From: Azolla caroliniana
Taxonomy: Eukaryota; Plantae; Polypodiophyta
Length of the DNA stretch: 64,000 bases
Assembly (NCBI GenBank): GCA_043228905.1
Contig: JBHGNT010000020.1
Coordinates: 12,462,001-12,526,000 of the forward strand
Direction of reading: 5' to 3'
This document shows, one piece after another, positions 50,005 through 60,925 of this stretch. The notes under the pieces are model-generated. The model was given only the letters and a program-made list of their open reading frames with translations. It ran no database searches and was not told the origin of the DNA. The translations under genes and the position numbers were made by a program. The stretch's first letter is position 1. Each line of letters begins with the position of its first letter.

Positions 50005-53000
50005 TTGACCATACCTCAAAATATTTGTAGTTCTTTTATGACTTGCGTGTGGGATACCAGAAAAATTACAATAAGTTGGTATAAATATAAATTCATGCAA
50101 AAATTGGAGTATATAGGTATGCCTGGACAATGCTTTTATTGTAAACAGCAAGGCCATGTTTTGAAAGATTGCCCAAAAAAGAAGAACGGGGTTAGACCCC
50201 AGAATGGTACAAATAACGTGTATACAGACGTTAACCATGTTAATCTGGATAAGAAGCAACAATCTCATTTAGGTGGAGGAAGTGGAAAGGGGAAAAATGT
50301 TCAGCCATCCAAGGATGAAAAAGGGAAAAATATCCAAACATTCGAGGATGAGATATGGAAACCAATTGAAAAACGGCACTCAATACCCAATAAATGCATT
50401 GAATCTAAGGGTGCTCACGTAAGTATAGGCCGTTATGATGCCATACAGGAACTAGATAACTCTTTGTCTCAAAATGATGTTCAGATATGCCAAATTAGTA
50501 ATGTTTCTGAACAATCTACTCCTAATAGAGAAGGGACTGAATCAGTTAATAATCTTGTTCTGGCCACTCAGAGCAAAACAATGGAATCAAGTAAACAACA
50601 TTTGAACTTGAGTAATGTATCGCGAAACCTTCACAGATCTACAAAACGTTCGTCTAGCTTGAGAGGGTTAAATGCGAACTTCATTCGCACAATCCCGATA
50701 AATTCTCAAGTAGAAAGTACTAGTGATTTTGCAATCAATCGATGGAATGCCACATATGGGTTTTAGTTTTTGAAATTTTTGGGAGACATAGTTGATAATG
50801 GCACTGCATCAATACGTGTTCATGTTCTTTTCAAGACTATGCAATCTTTTGTAGGATTTTCTTTCCCTTTTTGTGGATATGATAAACAAACATGGGTGGC
50901 AGCGGATGTTAGATTGGTTATTAGACAACAAACACTACACTTCGCAAAATATGTTAATTGTGACAATTTTGGGGAAGTATTATTAAGGGGACTAGAGGCA
51001 GCAACTATACAACTCTTGCCAGTGTCTGATGTGATGGGGCGAAGGCAAGTGGTGGTATCCTTAGATGCTGAGATCCTTCCAAATTGTGGATATACCTATA
51101 TCCATGAAGATGGACTATCGGAAGGTCAAATATTGGCTAAAGCTCATCATCATTATAGAATGGTACGCGATACGATACCTTTACAATCGAAAAGTGGTGA
51201 ACAAGATGGTAGTGAGGCCAATCTTGAGCCGTTAGCGAAAAACATGAAAATGGCATCACAGCAACCTAAGTTCCCTTAAATGCGAGTGATGTCATGGAAT
51301 GTTCAGGGGTTAGGGGGCCCCTTATATAGACGATACAAGTATCGTCTCCGTCAAGAAATTAACAAATGCATAGTGGGTGGATCCCTCGACTTTCTTTTAA
51401 TACAAGAACATCATTTAAATACTTTTAGAATTTCTCGGTATGGTTCTATTTTATCTGGAAATTGGGACATGTTTTGGTCCCCCGCGATAGGCAACACGGA
51501 AGTCCGTGGTGGGGTTTGTATGGCTATTTCTCAGAGGTGGATTCCATCCATTATACAAAAACAAGTGGTCATTCCTGGAAGGGCTCAATATGTTATTATG
51601 CAAGAGGGGGAGATTATATGGGGACTCTTGAATATATATGCTCCTAATACTGCTTCTGCTAGGCAACAATTTTGGAAAGAATTATTAGAGAATCTGCCTC
51701 CCCTTGATCATTGGTGTATCGCTGGTGACTTCAATATGCTTGAGGACCCCATTGATAGAATGGGAGGTAGCTCAACTACGATACATGGCCATGAATTAGC
51801 AATGTGGGAACAATTGGTGTTCTCCTTACAAATTTTAGATGCTTGGCATGCTCCTTCGATGGTTCATACAAATACCTCTCTTTTATTTTCAAGATCAGAT
51901 AGACGTGTAAATGGTACTAACTTAGCTCGATTGGATAGATTCTATGTATCTGGCAAATTTATTTCAGCAACTGGTACAATACATATAATGCCAGGGACTA
52001 CCTTCTCTGATCATGCTCCAGTGATTCTTTCAATATCAACCCAAAACCTTAAAGAATTCTCCAATATGAAGATTCCTGAAAATCTGCTGTTAGACAATAG
52101 CTTTTCCTTACAAGTGGCTCAATTATGGTCACAAAAGGATGTTGTACAGGAATCAATGGCGGTGCGGGTAGCTAATGGCTTACGATGTATTTCAGAATTT
52201 TTTAGGGGTAAATCTAAGGAGAGGTTCTCTATGATCCAAGAAAAGGAGAAACGGTCTCGTACTTCTCTTGTTTCTCTACAACGATTACAAGAACGTTATC
52301 CACACTGTACTTGGATTGTTGAGAAAATTGGGTCAGCAAAACAAGAACTTGCTGTACTATTAGAAAAGCGTGCAAAATTTCAATACCATAATAGGGCATC
52401 TAGTTGGACCCAAATGGGTGATAAATGTACAGCTGAATTTTTTCATGCAATGAGACCCAATCATAATGCGGTTTCAATCAAACAACTACAAGATGAGAAT
52501 GGGACCATCTCATCTGACCCTAAAGTGATGAGAGAAATAGCCACACGATACTATTCCAACCTACTATCAGCTATTTCATTCTCCGATGAGGATTTAATAA
52601 GTCGGTCTTGTGTATGGAATAAAATGAGTTCAAGAATAACACAGGATATGAATGCCAGTCTTCAAGACGTTCTTACTCATGAGGAATTGAGTGAAGCACT
52701 CCAAGCTTTGCCTAAGAATAGTTGTCCAGGTATGGATGGATTAACCCCATCATTTTTCATTAAATATTGGGACTTGTTTAAATCAGATTTATGTACAGCA
52801 TTCCAACAAATTCTTCGAGAGGGCATTATGCCTTCACATTTTACAGAAGGAATAATTTACCTTATCCCTAAATCAGAAGGTCCTTCATTGGACATCAAGA
52901 AATGGCGCCCAATTACATTACTGAATACGGTGTATAAAATCCTAGCTAAAGCGCTTAGTATAAGACTTGGTACTATAATGCCTATAGTTATACATCCGTC

Positions 53001-55672
53001 GCAAACAGGATTTATTCAGGAAAGGAGCATATTGGATAATGTGTATACATTTTGGGAATCTGCTGCCTTGGCAGCCAAATCTAATCAAGAGTTGGCCATT
53101 GTTATGCTTGATTTTGAGAAAGCTTATGACCGTGTTGACTGGGAATTTTTACAAGGTGTACTGGCTCGTTTTGGTTTCTCGAAAGAATGGATAAAAGGTA
53201 TTTCTTCATTATATAATTCGGCACAAAGCAGAGTCTTACTGGTTGGGAATTATGGACCTTTGTTTACTATTTCTCGATCAGTTCGACAGGGTTGTCCTTT
53301 AGCTCCTTTCTTGTTTCTGTTTTTTGCTGAGGCAATGATTTCCTTTTTGAATGCTGGTGATATTGGTATACGCGGAATACGCATCCCATTCTCACATATA
53401 GAAGTAAGGGACGCTGAATTTGCAGATGACACTGCCCTATATTTAAAAGGTGATTTGGAAAATCTGCAGAAAACAGAATTGGCCATATCCACATTTTGTA
53501 AGGCTTCGGGTGCACTGGTTAATTGGAACAAGTCCTTTGCATTTTGGGTGGGGGATGTAGAGCCTCCTCTATGGAGTCCACACCCGCAATTTCGATGGAT
53601 ACCATCAGGTTGTCCAGTTCGATACTTAGGGTGTACGATAGGTATTGATCTTTCAATGGAAAATCAAGTGGCACCCCTCCTATTGTCACTGCGGAAAAAG
53701 TTGTTGTTATGGAGTTCAGCCAAGCTATCTTTTGTTGGTCGGATTGTAGTGGCTAATCAGGTTTTATTGGCTTCAACATGGTATGTTTTGTCATGTTGGA
53801 TATTCTCCAAGTCATGTATTCTGAAAATACGTAGATTGGTTCGTAACTTCTTGTGGTCCGGTAAAACAGAAGGCAATGCTCGGTCCAAAGTGAAATGGGA
53901 TGTTATTACCTTACCTCGCTCTAAAGGAGGATTAGGTATTATTGATCCAGTGGACCAATCAAGAGCATTGTTAAGTAAGTTGCTCGTTAGAGGATTTATG
54001 CCGGGGCAAGAGATATGGAAAGTATTATTGCTTGACCGTTGCTCAGATTGCTTTCCTCGCTTAGGTGCTCCCTGGTCGAAGGATGTGAATTGGATATTTA
54101 GGGAAAATTTCTGAGTACCTTCAGCCACTAGATGGGAAGACAAATTTATTAGGACATTATTTGCAGCATGGAAACAAGTACTACCTGGTTTGCTTCGCAA
54201 TAAACCGAACCCCAAACATTATCTTGAGTATCTCAGACAAAAGATAGTTTGGAACCCGTTGTTTACAACATCAGATGGTTTTGTGTTGGGTTCTAGACAA
54301 TGGTTATCGTGGGGAAAAATGACAAAAGGTCCCGCGAAAACAGTTCAGACTTGGAAAGAATTTTTATCGTGATCGTTGGAAGAACAAAAAGAAATCTTAC
54401 GTAATATGCATGGCGGACATATAATGTACCAACAAATTCAAGAAGCTATGAGTAGACAACCCATACCACCCAATAACACTAACCATAGATGGATTGGGGT
54501 TTTTTCAAGATTGGAAGTACTCTTGGCTGTTAAGGGTTATTCAAATGATAAGACATACCGGTTGTTTGAGGTGGATGAAACAAATCAATTGTCTCAGTCC
54601 GGGGAAATGGTGATAGATTACCCCTATGCCATTGAGCACAAGATAAGGATAATTGGATATGCCGATCGTAAATGGTATATTGATCCAATGATAGAGGAAA
54701 TAAGGACACATTGGAAGCTGTGGGTGTTAGCTAAAAGACCGGTATTCAGATTAGATTGGGACCCAATTGACTATCATTGGACAGATCCTTACACGGGTAA
54801 CAAGTTCAATTTCTTCCAATATTCTGTACAGTTGGGAAGACATGTACTTTCAGATACACGTGATGTGGTACCAGCTGCATCTCAATATTGGAATCAACAA
54901 GGTATTACTCCCCAATTCCTTGCAAAATTCTGGGCTATCTTATGGGCAAGAAAACAGCAACACAAAATATTACATGTACAATGGTTAGTTGTACACAAGG
55001 CGTTGCCGGTTGGCACATGGTTGCATAGGATGGGAGTGTCTTCATGTTGTACTCGATGTCATTTACAAACGGAAACTCAAAAACATTGTTTATGGGAATG
55101 CATTGATTCTCAACAGATATGGCAACGGCTCCTTAGAATTTTCGCTAATTATTTTCCCCCGTTGGTTCTCACTTGGGGCATGGTCGTTTGGACATCACTT
55201 GCCCGTGATGTGTTCCATTATGGCATCGAATCTATGGACCATGGGTTTTACACTAAAAATGGAAGTGTTCGTACATTATCACTGATGTCATTACAGTTTT
55301 CAGGAGTAAGGAAGGAAGTTCAGCCAATATGGGAGATATTGAGTAGTACCACTGTCTATCACATTTGGAAAGCTCGGTGTTCTCTCGTTTTCCATAATCT
55401 GAAAACACCACCTGCTGAAGTGATTTCAAATATTTGGTTAGAGATAGTTCATGCTTTGAAGGGTCAATGGGATGGTATAGTGGGAGATTCTGATGCTAAA
55501 ATTGCTCAACGGCATGAGTTTCTTATTATCTGGACAGCTACTCCATTTGTGACATCCAGGTACACTATTCCTTATTGGCATTTTCAGCCACCGAAATGGT
55601 TGTTTCCCCCGCCGATTACATAGAGGTTTAAAATCTTGTAATTTGTTTATACTAATGACAGGATATCTTCAT

Positions 55673-55707
<35 letters not shown>
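50005..55707 (+). mobile_element. L1-clade LINE, 5'-truncated ORF1 plus complete but nonsense-disrupted ORF2, ending in (TA)n
   Basis: ORF1 50005-51279 has Zn knuckle CFYCKQQGHVLKDC and an internal TAG at 50764. ORF2 51280-55623 has APE (SWNVQG, GDFN, RLDRFY, SDH), RT (LDFEKAYDRV, RQGCPLAP, FADD) and zf-RVT (CTRC...HCLWEC), with in-frame TGA at 54112 and 54370. Confidence 0.93.
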
Positions 55708-55711
<4 letters not shown>

Positions 55712-58700
55712 GGGCTTTTCTCAAAAATTACACTACAAATGGCGAGTTTTTTTAATGGATAAATTTGCAATTAGATTCTTTGGAGTAGAGTATGTTTTTT
55801 GTAAGCAATCCATTACCATGCATAAATGCTCTACGCATCATACTCTCAAATTACCTACTTTCAAAATTATGGCAAAGTTTCCAAAGTATTATCGTAGAAT
55901 ATCTTAAGGGTCTGGGTTCAACTAGATTTTATCTCATGTTTATTATCTTAAATAGTCTACCTTTGAAGATTCGTGTTGCGCACGTTTGAAGTTTTGTTTA
56001 TTATAAGTTACCCCCCTGCTTTACAAGTAGTTTTCAAAACCCAAGAGTTAAAAACAATGATATTGCCTTAGAGTCGTATATTGGGTGTCCCAAACATATG
56101 ACAAGAAGGAGGATGAAATGTGACTTGCCGTAATCAATTTGTCATGGTGATGAACCAACAAAACTTGAAGGAGATAAGACCGGTATGGATAAAGCACGTA
56201 TCAATATTGGAGGTGATCCATAATCTTTGATTGCATATTAAATTTTGATAAAATTCAAAGTGTTCTTCTAGGTAGCACATGTTATTTGGACATTGGTAGA
56301 GACCAAATACTTATAAGGTAGGGACCGGTTAGATGGTAACACTTTGCACATCCGAACGGATAATATTCAAACATATTTTGTTGAAAGAGTTATTCAATTA
56401 CCTTCTTCTATGCAAAAGTTTTGTGTGTGCCTCTGAGTGAGTGATAAATTTGTACCTAACCTTCTTCGCTAATCTTTTACCCTTTTTAGAAATTCCCCAC
56501 ATTTTGGGCATTGTGATAGGATGTTATTACCAAATTATCTTCTCCCTTCTTTTGATAAGTTCATCAAAACTAAATACACATTTACACGTACACACACACA
56601 CGGGTGAACTAATGAAAAGCTTCATTTTCACCATCTTTATTTTTTCTACAAATCCCATGTCTCAAAGGACAATTGATTTATGCTTATTATCACTTGAATG
56701 ACAATTGGTTTTTTTAAGCTTGTATTATTATGTAACGCTAGAGTTACCAAAGTGTATATCATGACTTGTATAGATTTTTTGCAATATGATGCATGTATGA
56801 GATATCTCTTTGCCTGTGTTCGACATGATGCCTTTATACCTTAAATCCTAATTTAGGCATGCACAAAAGGAACATTTTAACGTTTTGTATGTGAAGCATC
56901 CTAGTAATCGGAAGAGGATTGATCATTCCACTTCTCGTTGCTTTTATATTTAAGTTTTGAAACCACCTTTACTCTAGTGTGTAAATGTTGCATTTTCTTA
57001 ATGTTAAAAGACATGGAACCGCCATACTGTAGCACATAAATCTAACATATCTAGTCCTTTTCCAAATAAAATTTAAGATGTGAAACCACATTTGCTACGG
57101 TGCGGAAATCTAATTGCATGAATCCAACGATGTCTCATTGGTTGAAGGTGATCAATCCTCGTCGTGGGTTTGTGATCTATAAGTATGAAATGTTGTACAA
57201 GCTCTTTGCTACCATCCCTCTTAATGTTGTCTCACCACTCTCAAATAACCATACATTTATATTGTTGATTAATTAGTCAATGCCATACCGTAATCTTGTC
57301 GATTAATTAGTAACTAGGTTGATTCCAATAATTCCAATTATCAACTCTGTCATAATGGTCATTATAATAATATTACAAAAGTGCGATGTGACAATGATGG
57401 ATATCATCAATCAAGATATTGATGCCTAGTCATTGAGATGCATAAAGATGTTATTATTAACGCATACATGAGATATGACAGGGACCTTTATTCCTACAGA
57501 AATGTTAGGAGCAGAAGGCACCCGCCACATTATGGTTATAGAAATGGCTTGGATTGTTTTCTTCTTGGTCAAGTGACCATCCATGAACTACCAAATCCTA
57601 ATGCTCTATAGGTAATGTTGCCATAGAAGTAAGAACACAACATGGCCACAAGCTCGTAGACACCATCTCAATGCCTTATAATTTAACCTAAAGTATCAAG
57701 TGAAGTTTTGAGCATTTACCCCATTTAAGTGCACAAAATGCCCTAAAGTTTTTGAAGTCTCTACAACAAAACGCAAGGGGATATATGAACCTTGTTAGGA
57801 GAGCCATATGGGAATTGTTACGGGCATGACCATATAATATCCCGTGGTGAGAATTGTCGTAGTATTCTATACACGTGGATAAGTGTGAGGGTTAAACAAA
57901 GAGTCTAAAGAAGGGGAGGATTACTTTTAATCCTCGGGATTGAGACAACCCATGAGGCCAAGTGTGAACATGGTTGGGGGCCTTGAGAATTACTATAAAT
58001 AAGAGGCCTAGCTACCCTCATTTGGGGCATGCATGGACTACATCGAGACTCTGCTCGTGTGGTGGGTCAACTCTTGTAGCGAGCGCGCCAGCACCAGGTA
58101 CGACTCGACGCCACGGCGGTGGTATGGGACGCCGATCGAGGCTCGAGTCCGTCTCAATCCCTTCGCTCGGGGGTGGTCGGGTGGATCGGCACCCTTCTTT
58201 CTCTTTCTCCTTTCTATCTATCTTTTTCATTATCCTTATCTTAAGCTTACATTAGTACCTAATCTCTAATATTTGGTATCAGAGCCTATGTACTAACGTT
58301 TCTTTTGGTTTTCTTTTTGTCTTCGCGTGGGATGGCGATTGATCGTTGTGCGGTCGCCTTCATGCAGACAAGGATTAGCGAAAGAACTTCGGTAAATTTT
58401 CCTTAATTTTTTATCTAATTTTTCTTCTCCCTTCTATACATGTGTATACTTAATATGTAGTTTTTTTTCATATATTCAATGATGTTGACGTGGTATTTAA
58501 TTGGTTATCTTAAACGTTTACATATGTCCACGAGGTCAATACCTCGTTTGACATATAAATCATATGTGATGAGTGTCGTATGCGTACGAGGTTATTACCT
58601 CAATTGCGTATTACGTTCACGAACATATGTTACGTTCGCGTACGAGGTCAATACCTCGCTTCGTTCGAAATGATATGCGTTGGATTTACTATGCGTAAGA

Positions 58701-59968
58701 GGTCAATACCTCAATTGCGAATTATGCTTAACCTTATTTTCGGATGTTTCGTGTGCGTAGAGGTATATGCCTCGATTACGTATCCCGAATACATCATTGT
58801 TGGCTATATAAAAAAAAACAATTCATTTAGTATACACATATGTGGTCACTTATATACGTCTCTGATCGTATATATGTGATATATTGACATATGTGTATAT
58901 TTTAGATTACGTGATTCATATCAAATGTTTTCCTAATTGGGGAGAGGATTTTGGTGGCCGTCCTCACATTTTTGTGAGAATGGCGTTGTCACCATCCCTT
59001 TTATCAACAATTTTTATTGTTGAAATTCCCGTTGGTCACTTTGATCTTTCGTTACGTAACGAACCTCGTATAGCCAAAATGATGTTGAATACGTCGGGCT
59101 TGATCCACATCAAGTAGGGTCGCTCTAATGACACACGTATCCAACATCTCCCCTCGTTACATGGATACGATGCCACCATGAGCTCGTTCTTATGAGCGCC
59201 ATTCGTAATGACGTGACCATGTGATGGGCCACATGAGCCTACGAAGACACGAGGGCTCATTCGGCTTGACCATTAGGTTACACTTTGGCATATGCCATTG
59301 TACTTACGAGGCTTGAGGGTAGGTAGCGTACAACCATAGTGGGTAATAAATGAGGGAGAAATAAGGCCACTTGACCTATATGTTTCTTTTAAAAAAAACA
59401 TATAGGGGCAAATGCCTCGCATATCTCGAATACGCCTCAAACATTAAACATTCAAGACGCGCAATCTACTTGGTTGGCTCAAGTGTTTAATGTATTTGTC
59501 CTCGAGGTCTCGAGTTCAAATATGACCAACACCATACAACATCGTTGATACATATGACTATAATACATGTTTAGACTTAAGGTCTAAGTGCACCTCGGGG
59601 TCCTCGTAATAGGACTTAAAGAGCCGAAGCCACATATGTGGGCACCGAAACATAGTTTATTGTTAACATTTTTTTCGTGTATAAACTATTCATGACGCGA
59701 ACATACATGGTTGAGCCTCGGGGAGCCACCATGAAAAAATCGATATAGAGATCAGGGAAAGACATTTATTTGTCACCCCCATGGTTTTTAAAACACCTTT
59801 GTGTTACCATAGTAACCTGATCTTGAACCTCATCTCATACGTCTAGAGGGGTATTGACGTGAGATAATGATATCGATTAATGCTCGCCCATGATATGTTT
59901 ACATCACGACATGATGTTATGACTATATCTCTGACCTTATCCTATTTCTTTTCCAGAAATAATCTTTA

Positions 59969-60925
59969 ATGGCTCAAATTAACGACCCGATGTCATCCGC
60001 TCAAGCGGAAGGAACTCAAGGGAATCCTCCTGGACAAATGTCCACTGAGATGTATTTGGCACAAATAACCCAATTCCTTAGTTTCACCGCTCAACAGATG
60101 ACCGAACTTCGGCAATCTCAGAGTGCTCTTGAGGCACGTGTCATTAGTCTACAACGTGAGACTAATAGACCTGATGAGCGACAAGGTGAACCATCATTTG
60201 TCGTTAAGCCATTTATGGGAGACAAAAAGGAAAGAACCGAAGAAGCAATCTGCACATGGCTGGGACGATGGGAGTCTCATTTTGAGCTCTATCCCACGCC
60301 AGATAGTACGAAGATTGCATATGTCGGCCGAGAACTCGGGGGTAAGGCCGCCGCCTGGTGGCGTGGCCTTCGTACTATGGGGAAATTGCCCGATACCTGG
60401 ACAGATTTTGTCACGGTTTTTAAGGGCCAATTTCTGCAACCTCCCTCTCGAACCGAGGCAGCACAAGCTTTAATGAACCTCTCTAGCAGGAAATTTTCCT
60501 CGCTAGAAGACTATGTTCACCATGCTAGAACCCAAATCCAAAAATCGGGTCTAGAAGGGGACAATTGGTTGATAGCTTGTTTTATCAATGGCATCCCCAA
60601 TTCGGACTATCACTGGATAGTGCACGATAAGGATCCAAAATCCTTCGAAGAGGCCGTTGAAATAGTTCTTCGCTATCAACGCACTTCGAAGAAGAACCAT
60701 AACAAACCCAACGAAGCGCCCGGGACTAAGCAGTCGCAATTTGCTGGGAAACGCAAGACACCCAACGAATTCCTGGATCGCGATTGTAAGCGACAACATC
60801 CTTTTTGTGTATTCTGCAAAAAGAAGGGTCATACAAAAGATCAATGTCGAAAGCTCCAACGGAAAGAGCACGACAACAAAGCTAAAGCAGCAGACCATAA
60901 AGGTCAGATTCCTAATGTCCTTTAG
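59969..60925 (+). CDS. Ty3/gypsy Gag, 318 aa
   Basis: Retrotrans_gag-like LGGKAAAWW...TWTDFVTVFKGQF, FINGIP, and CCHC knuckle CVFCKKKGHTKDQC. Confidence 0.9.
   Translation: MAQINDPMSSAQAEGTQGNPPGQMSTEMYLAQITQFLSFTAQQMTELRQSQSALEARVISLQRETNRPDERQGEPSFVVKPFMGDKKERTEEAICTWLGRWESHFELYPTPDSTKIAYVGRELGGKAAAWWRGLRTMGKLPDTWTDFVTVFKGQFLQPPSRTEAAQALMNLSSRKFSSLEDYVHHARTQIQKSGLEGDNWLIACFINGIPNSDYHWIVHDKDPKSFEEAVEIVLRYQRTSKKNHNKPNEAPGTKQSQFAGKRKTPNEFLDRDCKRQHPFCVFCKKKGHTKDQCRKLQRKEHDNKAKAADHKGQIPNVL

Noticed and set aside
219-58271. A single giant element bounded by the two similar LTRs
   Set aside because: They are inverted, diverged, and each is followed by its own PBS, so both are 5' LTRs.
58525-58780. 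CRISPR array
   Set aside because: Eukaryotic retrotransposon context, no cas genes, short degenerate repeats and spacers related to one another. Kept only as a hairpin array.
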